Below are positions 56,472 to 64,000 of a stretch of 64,000 bases of DNA, piece after piece. Position 1 is the first letter of the stretch; the number at the start of each line of letters is the position of its first letter. The notes beneath the pieces are model-generated. The model did not search any database. It was not told the DNA's origin and was given only the letters and a program-made list of their open reading frames with translations. The position numbers were made by a program, and so were the translations under genes. This DNA comes from an uncultured Solirubrobacterales bacterium (lineage in GTDB: Bacteria > Actinomycetota > Thermoleophilia > Solirubrobacterales > JBBDJG01): positions 171,103-235,102 of the forward strand of contig CAVZDP010000009.1 in assembly GCA_963774075.1 (NCBI GenBank), in the 5' to 3' direction.

Positions 56472-57314
56472 TTACGGGGCGAAGATCCCCTGCGCCAGGA
56501 ACTTCCTCTCGTCGCCGGTGCCGCACGTCGTCGGGCACATGAAACCTGCGGGAGCTATCTCCCCGTCGGGCCCAGAGTCGAACACCCTCACGTTCAGGAC
56601 CTCGATGGAGGCACGCTGGAACTCCTTGATCATTCCCGGTATCAGTGAGTCGAACGTCGTTCCAGCCAAGACCTTGCAATTTCCAGCGGGAGCAGCGGTG
56701 CAAGCCGCGGTCGGGAACTGAAACGGGATATCCGACACGGTTGCGGTGAGGCACGGCGCCACACCCGCACCGTTCGTGCAGGTGGTTCCAGAGGGGTTGC
56801 CACTGGAGTGGTCGGTGATACGGATCACCGACTCCACGATCAGCTGGCCCGTGTAGGGAGCGCCGGCCCCGGTACAGGTGCCGTTGGCGTTGGCGCCCTG
56901 GCAGCGCACGTCGCTGTGCTCAGCGAAGAGGATCCTGAAGTTCTCCTGGTCCCCGGCTTGGTCGAGACACGGCGGCGGCCCATTCGACGGCAATTCGCAG
57001 ATGAGGTCGAAACGAACCCTGCCTTGCCCCTGGCCCGTGCTTTGCAACGTCAAGTTGCTCGACTTGAGGTTCGGCGGACACGAAGGGAACATGTGCGGCG
57101 GCACGTGGGACTGCCCGGGGGGCGGAGTGGTAGGTGCCGGGTCATCCGCCGTAGCGGGCCCCCCACACTTGTTGAACGCTGCCACCAGCGGCACCCGCAA
57201 CGGAGTGCCCCCGCCTGGGCGGGGGTGTGTTGCAAGCGCCACGCTGCCAAGCCCAAGTGCCAACAAGGAACTGAGGGCAAGCGAAACCCCCACCTTCTTA
57301 CTGATTGCGTTCAT
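56472..57314 (-). CDS. Secreted Cys-rich protein, unassigned family, paralog P1
   Basis: Signal peptide MNAISKKVGVSLALSSLLALGLGSVALA. The mature part starts THPRPGGGTPLRVPLV..F..C and ends CPTTCGTGDERKFLAQGIFAP. 16 Cys. Confidence 0.75.
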   Translation of the reverse strand: MNAISKKVGVSLALSSLLALGLGSVALATHPRPGGGTPLRVPLVAAFNKCGGPATADDPAPTTPPPGQSHVPPHMFPSCPPNLKSSNLTLQSTGQGQGRVRFDLICELPSNGPPPCLDQAGDQENFRILFAEHSDVRCQGANANGTCTGAGAPYTGQLIVESVIRITDHSSGNPSGTTCTNGAGVAPCLTATVSDIPFQFPTAACTAAPAGNCKVLAGTTFDSLIPGMIKEFQRASIEVLNVRVFDSGPDGEIAPAGFMCPTTCGTGDERKFLAQGIFAP

Positions 57315-57433
57315 GTTGCACCGTTCCCTCCTGATCCCCGGGAGAACAGCGACCTCGCGCCCCTGTCGGGAGTCTCATAGCGGTCGGCACTGCCGATCGC
57401 CACACTTTTTCACAGACAGGGTGCAACTGCCAA
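57315..57433 (-). promoter_or_regulatory. Conserved 5' leader of P1 with predicted SD/start-codon sequestering helices
   Basis: On the RNA strand, GUUGCACC (complement of 57420-57427) can pair with GGUGCAAC directly 5' of the AUG (57315-57322). CUCCCGA (57366-57372) can pair with the SD region UCAGGAG (57328-57334). A near-identical 34-nt block is shared with the P2 leader. Confidence 0.5.
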
Positions 57434-58082
57434 CCGGATACGCAAATCCTCTTCCTTTCGTCCTCGATGGCTCCCATCAGCTCGGCGGCGCGAAAGAGGC
57501 AAAAACCGGCCAGCCTCGCGTCACCCGTCTTGATGGCTTTGTCCAACGACCGTTCAGCTCCCGACAACTCCCGATACGCCGTGTTGCTGCGATGGGTTAG
57601 TGCCTCGCTAATTTCCCGCTTGCACGCTCGTTCCAGCTCGCCGCTCCAATCGGTTTCGTCGCCACAATTCGCGAAGTTCGGGACACGGGCCTCGTAAGCG
57701 CCATGGGTGCAGGGTAAATGTCGGGCAGTTGGCCCAGTGCATCGACTACTCGGCCGTCCTCCATGAAACCGACGATCCCGCCCGCGAGGCCCATCTGTGC
57801 GAGCTGTAGCAGGTTGTTTGCTGCTGACTCCCGTTCGACCTCTGTGGGCGGCCTTTCCTGTGTCGTGCCCCCGGCGGTTCCGATCGCGCGATCAGCTCGT
57901 CGTGTTTGTCTCGCGCCATGTCGAGATCCTTGGCCGCCCGTTGCAGAGACTTGACCCAGCGGCTCAAGGTGTCTAGGTAAAGGGCGGGGGAGTGGGAGCT
58001 TCCGCGCGGCCTGTCATATCCATATATGGCAGGCTCAGAGATTTGAGAGGTCAGGGCGCCCCTGCGGGATACTGCGCGGACG

Positions 58083-58478
58083 ATGCCGCAGGAGAACGTG
58101 GAGGTCGCACGAGCTTTCGCCGAGGCTTGGAACACAGGAGACATGTACACCGTCCGCGAGCTGCACCACCCGGACGTCATCATGAGGGTCATAGAGGGTG
58201 TCCCTGAGCCAGGTCCCTTCGTAGGGCGCGAGGCGGTCATGCGGCAGTTCGAACTACTCCGTGAGGCTTGGGACACGGACAGAATCGAACACATCACCGA
58301 CTTCATCGACGCGGGTGACCGAGTCGTCGTGAGAGTCGCCTGGCATGTCGTAGGCCGGGGACCCGAGACAACTCTGGAGTTCACGATTGTCTACACAATG
58401 CGCAAGGGCCGGATCTTCCACCAGGAACACTTCAGGGATCACGCCGAGGCCCTCGAAGCCGTGGGGCTCTCGGAGTAG
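58083..58478 (+). CDS. NTF2/SnoaL-like small protein (EALEAVGL tail family)
   Basis: MPQENVEVARAFAEAWN...; C-terminus HAEALEAVGLSE. Confidence 0.75.
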   Translation: MPQENVEVARAFAEAWNTGDMYTVRELHHPDVIMRVIEGVPEPGPFVGREAVMRQFELLREAWDTDRIEHITDFIDAGDRVVVRVAWHVVGRGPETTLEFTIVYTMRKGRIFHQEHFRDHAEALEAVGLSE

Positions 58479-58481
58479 CCG

Positions 58482-58910
58482 ATGTCGCGGGAGAACGTGG
58501 AGGCACTGCGCCGGCTGTACGGTGAGTGGGCAAAGGGCGATCTGTGGGCTCTGCGCGAACTTGCCGACCCGAACATCGAGTGGGAGTGGTCGGCAGCGAT
58601 GGCGAGCATCGTTGGCGGGCCACGCATCTATCCCGGGCTTGACGAGGTCGGCGCGGCCACTCTCGAGTGGATTCAGTTCTGGGACTTCTACTGGATGACC
58701 GCCGAGGACTTCATCGAGGCTGACGATGAGATCGTCGTGCCCATGCGGCTCCACGCCCGGACAGCTAGTACCGACAGCGTGCTCGAGCAGCGCATCACGG
58801 CGGTGTGGACGTTTCGCAACGGAAGAGCCGTGCGTGTGCGCTATTACGACGAAAAGGCCGAAGCCCTCGAAGCCGTCGGGCTATCGGAGCAAGACGCTCG
58901 CAGCCAGTGA
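58482..58910 (+). CDS. NTF2/SnoaL-like small protein (EALEAVGL tail family)
   Basis: MSRENVEALRRLYGEW...; C-terminus KAEALEAVGLSEQDARSQ. Starts 3 nt after the previous stop. Confidence 0.75.
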   Translation: MSRENVEALRRLYGEWAKGDLWALRELADPNIEWEWSAAMASIVGGPRIYPGLDEVGAATLEWIQFWDFYWMTAEDFIEADDEIVVPMRLHARTASTDSVLEQRITAVWTFRNGRAVRVRYYDEKAEALEAVGLSEQDARSQ

Positions 58911-59013
58911 GCTAGAGCCTTCTAGGGGCCTCAAGCCAGGAGAAAGTTTCAGGGGGCAAAAGGGCAAGGGTCAGTCAGCCGTTCGAAGGCCCGTACAGGA
59001 CGGCAGGAAAAGT

Positions 59014-59043
59014 GAAGGCCGGGATCGAATCGCCCCGGCCTTC
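59014..59043. terminator. Perfect 10-bp stem / 10-nt loop hairpin between convergent genes (possible bidirectional terminator)
   Basis: GAAGGCCGGG-atcgaatcgc-CCCGGCCTTC. Lies between the 58910 (+) and 59081 (-) gene ends. No clear U-tract. Confidence 0.45.
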
Positions 59044-59080
59044 CTCATGCGCTTGCCCTGCTTTAACGCTCCTCCTTGGT

Positions 59081-59893
59081 TTACGGCAGGAAGGTCCCCG
59101 TGCTCAGGAACGCTGTCTCGTCCCCCGTCCCGCTCCCACCGCCAACGTCCCCGTCAGGGCCGGCATCCTGCACGATGATGCCACCGGGTACCTGCTCAAG
59201 CGAGACATCAACCCCGGGGATGGGCTCCCCCGCCATTTGCAGCTCCCGCTGGCCTTCCTTGATGACGCCCGGAAGGTGCGAGTTGAATGTGGTGTTCAGG
59301 CTGCAAGTAGCGCCGGCGGAAGTAGGGGTGGCCGTACACGAGACCGGCACCCCGAACGCGACCCACCTGGTGCTGGCGGTCGTGCAACCGGCACCGGAGG
59401 GAACCGCGCAGACAGTTGGGTTCGCATGGCCGGTGATCCGCAACCCGAGCCGAGCGATCAGTTGGCCTGTGTAGTCCGCTGCAGGTGCCGTGCAGCCCGG
59501 AATGGCGCCGACCGCGCAGCGCACGTCCGTCGCGCTCACTGTGATCCTCTGATCCATCTGGTCTCCGGCCGCGGGGCAGGGCGGCAGCTCGGCGTTGGTG
59601 CAGAAGACGTCAAGCCGCATCGAAGCGTTCATCTGTCCCGCGACTCCCGTCGTCAGGACCGGTGAGCTCAGCGACGTGGGGCTACAGGACGGCACCGTGA
59701 GCGGCGCCGTGTGCGTTGTGTTAGGCGTTTCATCATCACCGCAAGCCTTGAACACTGGTACCAACGGCACCCGAAGCGGCGTGCCTCCGCCTGGGCGGGG
59801 GTGCGTTGCAAGCGCCACGCTGGTAAGCCCAAGGGCGAGAAACGCCCCGAGGGCAAGCGAAAGCGCCATTCTCTTCTTCTGTATTGCGGCCAT
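59081..59893 (-). CDS. Secreted Cys-rich protein, unassigned family, paralog P2
   Basis: Signal peptide MAAIQKKRMALSLALGAFLALGLTSVALA, then THPRPGGGTPLRVPLVPVFKAC. Ends GTGDETAFLSTGTFLP. The terminal CxxxC of P1/P3 is replaced by GGGS. Confidence 0.7.
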   Translation of the reverse strand: MAAIQKKRMALSLALGAFLALGLTSVALATHPRPGGGTPLRVPLVPVFKACGDDETPNTTHTAPLTVPSCSPTSLSSPVLTTGVAGQMNASMRLDVFCTNAELPPCPAAGDQMDQRITVSATDVRCAVGAIPGCTAPAADYTGQLIARLGLRITGHANPTVCAVPSGAGCTTASTRWVAFGVPVSCTATPTSAGATCSLNTTFNSHLPGVIKEGQRELQMAGEPIPGVDVSLEQVPGGIIVQDAGPDGDVGGGSGTGDETAFLSTGTFLP

Positions 59894-60089
59894 GCTGCAC
59901 CGTTTCCCTCCCGATCCCCCCGGATACCAGCGGCCTTGCGGCCCCCGTCGGGAGTCTCATAGCGGTCGGCACTGTCGGTCCCTAGAGACGGACGCTCCGC
60001 TGTGTTCGGCAGGAGCGGCTGAGAGTGCCCTGAGCGGCCACCCTTTCACACACAAGGTGCAACTGCCAATGGAATATTCAGATGTATCC
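59894..60089 (-). promoter_or_regulatory. Conserved 5' leader of P2 (same blocks as the P1 leader plus a ~55-nt insertion)
   Basis: GUUGCACC (60076-60083) pairs with GGUGCAGC (59894-59901), where an A-to-G change keeps a U-G wobble. CUCCCGA pairs perfectly with UCGGGAG in the SD region. A GGCC-GCAA-GGCC tetraloop hairpin lies between them. Confidence 0.5.
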
Positions 60090-60208
60090 GATCGTATGAC
60101 AACCGATCGAATGGACTTTCGCGGCAAAACAGCCGTCCATCGGCAACCTCTGCGCCTCCGGAGTAGATTGACCGGGGGGAGCTCTCGATCGAACGCAAAT
60201 GGGGGGTC

Positions 60209-61825
60209 ATGAGCCCGCATGCTGAGTCTGGATCGCTGCGTCTTTGCCTCATCGTCGGCCTGGTCCTCGCAGGTGCTTTCGCTTGGGCGCCGAGCGCCGC
60301 CCACGGATTCGGCTTCACGACCACCCACCACCGCGCCGGCATCGACGCCCACGACGTCGCTACTGGAGACTTCAACGGCGACTCGCGCAGCGACCTCGCG
60401 GTCGTGAATGTCACTTCCAGGGACGTCTCCATTCTGCTCGCCACCGCTAGCGGTGGTTTCACGGGGCCAGTCAGCTACGGAGTCGGCAATACACCGACGA
60501 CGGTCGCGGTCGCCGACTACGACGAGGACGGCAACGCGGACCTGGCCGTCGCCAACCGCGGATCCGACGACGTCTCGATCTTGCTCGGAAGAGGCGACGG
60601 GACGTTCGAACCAGATTCCCCCACAAGAAGGTTCGTGGCCGGCGCGAGCCCGTTCTGGGTCGTAGCGGCCGACTTCGACAACGACCACCACCTGGACCTC
60701 GCGGTCAGCAACTATCTCGGAATAGACGCCGAGGGCCGTGTCTCGATCCTTCGCGGTAGCGGCGATGGAACGTTCACCGCCGGTCCACAGGGCTCCTTAG
60801 CAGTCGGCCTTGGGCCGGAGGAGCTCGCGGAAGGGGACTTCAACAGCGACGGTGACCTCGACCTCGCCGTGACCAACTATTTCGAAGAACACGTGTCTGT
60901 CCTTCTCGGAAACGGCGACGGCAGCTTCGAGTACGTCAACGCAAACAACGGGCGCGTCTTCACCGGACAGCTCCCGATCGGCGTCACGGTTGGCGACTTG
61001 AACCACGATGCCAAGGACGACCTCGCAGTCGCGAACTATGGGGCGATCGATCTCAACCGCGGCTCCGTGGCTGTCCTGTTGGGCGATGGAGCGGGCGGTT
61101 TTTCAGCGCCGCACCAATACGTGCTCGACCATCAACCGATGTCGATCGCCGTTGCCGACTACGACGGCGATTCTCACCCAGACCTTGCCACCGCGTATCA
61201 GGCCTACGAGGAAGAGCCGGGGATCTTCGACGCGCACTCTGTCGTCTGGATACTGCTCGGCGAGGGAGGCGGCACGTTCTCGCCGTTCGAGTACTTCGAC
61301 GTCGGCAGCGGACCGTCGGCGATTGCCGCCGGTGACTTCAACATCGACGGCCATCCGGACCTCGCGGTCGCCAACAACGGCACGGAAGCGGGCGACAACG
61401 ATGCGTCCGTGTTGCGCAACACGAGCAATAACCCACCCGACTGTTCAAAGGTAGGTCCGGCCCCGGCTCTTCTTTGGCCTCCGAACCACCAGTACCGTCC
61501 CATCGCGCTCGTGGGAGCCACCGATCCCGAACGCGATCAGGTCACGCTCACGATCACGGGCGTGACCCAGGACGAGCCGCTGAACGGCCGTGGTGACGGC
61601 AACACTTCTCCTGACGCGAAACGAGCCACTCCGTCCAACCAGGTCTATGTTCGCTCCGAGCGCAGCGGGCTGAGCGACGGGCGCGTCTACCGGATCGCGT
61701 TTACGGGCTCGGACGGCAAGGGAGGCACTTGCTCCGGCACGGCGCTAGCGGTCGCAGTTCCGCACGGGCGTGGTTCGACCGCGGTTGACTCGGCGCCTTC
61801 AAGCTACAACTCGTTCGGCCCATGA
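60209..61825 (+). CDS. FG-GAP/VCBS repeat protein with a C-terminal WPPNH-motif domain, secreted
   Basis: Signal-like N-terminus. Repeated DFNGDxxxDLAVxN...VSILLGxGDGxF units (beta-propeller blades). C-terminal LLWPPNHQYRPIAL...DEPLNGRGDGNTSPD...GRVYRIAF. Confidence 0.8.
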   Translation: MSPHAESGSLRLCLIVGLVLAGAFAWAPSAAHGFGFTTTHHRAGIDAHDVATGDFNGDSRSDLAVVNVTSRDVSILLATASGGFTGPVSYGVGNTPTTVAVADYDEDGNADLAVANRGSDDVSILLGRGDGTFEPDSPTRRFVAGASPFWVVAADFDNDHHLDLAVSNYLGIDAEGRVSILRGSGDGTFTAGPQGSLAVGLGPEELAEGDFNSDGDLDLAVTNYFEEHVSVLLGNGDGSFEYVNANNGRVFTGQLPIGVTVGDLNHDAKDDLAVANYGAIDLNRGSVAVLLGDGAGGFSAPHQYVLDHQPMSIAVADYDGDSHPDLATAYQAYEEEPGIFDAHSVVWILLGEGGGTFSPFEYFDVGSGPSAIAAGDFNIDGHPDLAVANNGTEAGDNDASVLRNTSNNPPDCSKVGPAPALLWPPNHQYRPIALVGATDPERDQVTLTITGVTQDEPLNGRGDGNTSPDAKRATPSNQVYVRSERSGLSDGRVYRIAFTGSDGKGGTCSGTALAVAVPHGRGSTAVDSAPSSYNSFGP

Positions 61826-61840
61826 GCGCAAGCCGGCCGT

Positions 61841-63937
61841 CTACGGGAGGAAAGCGCCCTGGCGCAGAAAGACCGCCTCGTCGCCAGTGCCGCAGGTCGG
61901 CGGGCAGCCGGAGGCGGGGTCAATGGTCGCGTCGCGCCCAGCGTCCTTGACTGCGACCGAGAAGGCCGCGATCACTGCCCGCGCGCCCTCGCGGGCAAAA
62001 CCTGGGATGAGCGTGTCTAGGGTCGTTGAAAATTCGCAGCTCCCACCTAGAGTGTTCCGCGTCTGCGGATCCGGCTGAGGGGTCGACACGCAGTTCATGG
62101 GCACTGCGAACGCCGCGTCCTCCATGGTGGCGGGGGCGTGCGGCGCCCAGGAATCGGTGATCCTCATCTCGGTCGCGAGCAAGAGCTGCCCCACGTAGTC
62201 CGAATCATCGACCTGGTTCCTCACGTCCCTGATCGTCACCTTGAGCGCCACGTCCGCCTCATCCTCTGGGGTGGACGGGTTCCCGACAGCGACGTCGAAA
62301 CGTGCACCGGCGGTCGCCTTGCCCAGCGACGAAGTCGTGAGCAGCTCCGACTCCATTCCTGTATTCGAGCAGGAGGGGGAGTCGAGGGGCGGAGCGTGCG
62401 TGGAGTCGGATGAATCACAGTGGCTGAACTCCGGTACAAGGGGCACTCTCAGCGGAGTTGCTCCCCCGGGCCGCGGAAACCTTGGGTGCCGGGCATCCAT
62501 GCCGGCTCGCAAGGCCGAGCGACTTAGGACACCGGGTTGTACGGGGTACGCCCGATATGTCGACGCGCCGTTCTGAAATGCCAGGCTGTAAACGCGGCTG
62601 CCTGAAGGCGTGAGTTCGGTGACGAGGGGATTTCCGCCCCAGGCCATGACCCAGTTGCCGCCGGGGAGCTTGCGCGCGCTGCCGCAGCAGCCCGCGGTTA
62701 CGGTTCCCGGATCGTTTACTTGCTCGAGCAAGGTGGCGGTTCTCGTGATCGGGTCGATCTCGTAGCGGATCGCCCGGGGTGTTCGCCTGAGCGTCGGGTG
62801 GAAGCCGTTGTCGTGGACCGACACTGTGCCGTCGCCTAGTACCCGTGCGTCATGCCCGCCCCAAGGCCCACTGCCGGAATCGCCTACGGTCGCGAGGCTC
62901 TCGACGCGCGGCGTACCGCCAATCTTCCATTCAACATCGCCGGTGGCCTTACTGATCTTGTAGACCGCGTCGAGGTGGCGGAATGAAAGTACGAAGGCGC
63001 CTCCATCCGGCTCTGCCGAGTTGAAGTGGTACGGGTCGTAGATTCCGGTGTTTGCTCCGATGTTGAGGATTTGGTTACACCACTCGATGGGGATCTCGGA
63101 GAGCGGGATGTGGTCCGACGGATACCACGACCACACGAGCAAGCCGTCGGCCGCGATTTCCTGGATCCCGGTGTCCCTGATGGTTAGATCCGATCGCCCG
63201 CAGAGGCTGAAGCCGGGCCGGTTCACGTTTGCGCCCAACAGGTAGTTGCCATTCGGCAGCAGTAGGAACTCGTGAAAGTCGGTCGCAGCCCCTACCGCAT
63301 CGAGCGTTCGCACAAGCGAGCCGTCAAATTGGCGCTCCTCGGCGCCCGATGTGACCGGGGGGTTGTGAGACCAGCCAAGGTTGCCGTTTCGCAGCAGCAG
63401 AGAGGCACCGGGACCTTCAACGCCGTGCATCCACCAGACCGGCACACCGTTGGTGTCAAAGATCGCGACGATTCCCGCTTGCCCTTGAAGCGGGGTTCCC
63501 CTCCGGCTAACGATGTACCACTCGGCCTGCGGTTGGCCGGAGAGCTCGGACGTCCAGGTCCAGAAGTCCGCGGGCAAGCAGCGCACGTAGTAGGTCCCTG
63601 TGGTACTTCCGCCGGATGTCGTGGTGACGGTGAAGCTCTCGCCCGCGGCGAGGCTGACGTAGGCGCTGAACGTCCCGCTTCGCGGCGGCTGGGTGTCCAC
63701 CGCCACCTCGGTGCCCGGTGGCGCTGACACAGAGACCTGCACCGGGGTGCCCTCCGTGCAGCGGGTCACGTAGTCGCTGACCGCGACCTCGAAGGTCGGG
63801 TAGAGCGATGGTTGGGCGGAGATCTCGACCTGCTCGGTGTCTGCTTGCGTGACGGCCGCGAAGATGCTGCCCGTGACGCAGATCCAAGCCAATATCACCA
63901 AAGAGGCGGTCAGCGGGCGAGTCCACACCCTTCTCAA
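61841..63937 (-). CDS. Fusion of an arylsulfotransferase (ASST)-like beta-propeller with the P-family Cys-rich C-terminal domain (paralog P3)
   Basis: TTG start at 63937 after GGGGAG, with a signal/TM N-terminus. Propeller-type motifs FHEFLLLPNGNYLL, DPYHFNSAEPDG, WKIGGTP and HDARVLGDGTVSVHDNG. The C-terminal 235 aa starts RFPRPGGATPLRVPLVPEFSHC and ends CPPTCGTGDEAVFLRQGAFLP. Confidence 0.7.
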   Translation of the reverse strand: MRRVWTRPLTASLVILAWICVTGSIFAAVTQADTEQVEISAQPSLYPTFEVAVSDYVTRCTEGTPVQVSVSAPPGTEVAVDTQPPRSGTFSAYVSLAAGESFTVTTTSGGSTTGTYYVRCLPADFWTWTSELSGQPQAEWYIVSRRGTPLQGQAGIVAIFDTNGVPVWWMHGVEGPGASLLLRNGNLGWSHNPPVTSGAEERQFDGSLVRTLDAVGAATDFHEFLLLPNGNYLLGANVNRPGFSLCGRSDLTIRDTGIQEIAADGLLVWSWYPSDHIPLSEIPIEWCNQILNIGANTGIYDPYHFNSAEPDGGAFVLSFRHLDAVYKISKATGDVEWKIGGTPRVESLATVGDSGSGPWGGHDARVLGDGTVSVHDNGFHPTLRRTPRAIRYEIDPITRTATLLEQVNDPGTVTAGCCGSARKLPGGNWVMAWGGNPLVTELTPSGSRVYSLAFQNGASTYRAYPVQPGVLSRSALRAGMDARHPRFPRPGGATPLRVPLVPEFSHCDSSDSTHAPPLDSPSCSNTGMESELLTTSSLGKATAGARFDVAVGNPSTPEDEADVALKVTIRDVRNQVDDSDYVGQLLLATEMRITDSWAPHAPATMEDAAFAVPMNCVSTPQPDPQTRNTLGGSCEFSTTLDTLIPGFAREGARAVIAAFSVAVKDAGRDATIDPASGCPPTCGTGDEAVFLRQGAFLP

Positions 63938-64000
63938 TGTGCTCCCCTCTTGGCCCGTTCGGGACAGCTCTTGCGAACCCGCAAGTCGGTGCAGGCTCTC

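Noticed and set aside
57420-57433. TTGGCAGTTGCA in leader block B1 as a sigma-54 (-24/-12) promoter
   Set aside because: The GG and GC elements are only 5 nt apart instead of the required ~10-nt spacing. The conserved GTTGCACC is better explained by pairing with the start-codon region.

Overview
This is a high-GC bacterial chromosome segment. The gene content looks actinobacterial: a DesA3/Rv3230c-type desaturase-reductase pair, an MmyB-like regulator, DUF4383, DUF4331 and many TetR genes. That taxonomic reading is an inference.

About one third of the window (5386-27091) is a head-to-tail cluster of four giant secreted surface proteins built from shuffled modules. The cluster has extreme repeat structure:
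- 7 x 321 bp nucleotide-identical in-frame tandem repeats.
- 13 x 330 bp nucleotide-identical in-frame tandem repeats.
- A 2208-bp perfect duplication that gives two adjacent genes the same N-terminal two thirds and different C-terminal cassettes.
- A second repeat family (5 x ~339 bp) carrying nine inferred single-base indels that break the fourth gene.

The right end (55.9-63.9 kb) holds three paralogs of a Cys-rich secreted domain I cannot assign to a family. One copy is fused to an arylsulfotransferase-like propeller. The two stand-alone copies share a conserved leader that could sequester the SD and start codon.

Other content:
- An HtrA-VWA-MoxR operon and an acyl-CoA synthetase.
- A desaturase locus with a divergent TetR gene.
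- A DUF4331-TPR pair, a beta-carbonic anhydrase and UvdE.
- A stress-type cluster (STAS, DUF892, CsbD, DUF1990 x2).
- One 29-bp promoter-operator module present three times, tied to paralogous TetR genes.
- tRNA-Val flanked by integrase genes, with an excisionase gene.
- IS1182-type transposase remnants.
- Five small NTF2/SnoaL-like genes.

About ten genes are frame-disrupted, so either the assembly has indel errors or the region is decaying. No rRNA, CRISPR array or recognisable defence system was seen. All calls come from reading the sequence and the ORF track; no searches were run.
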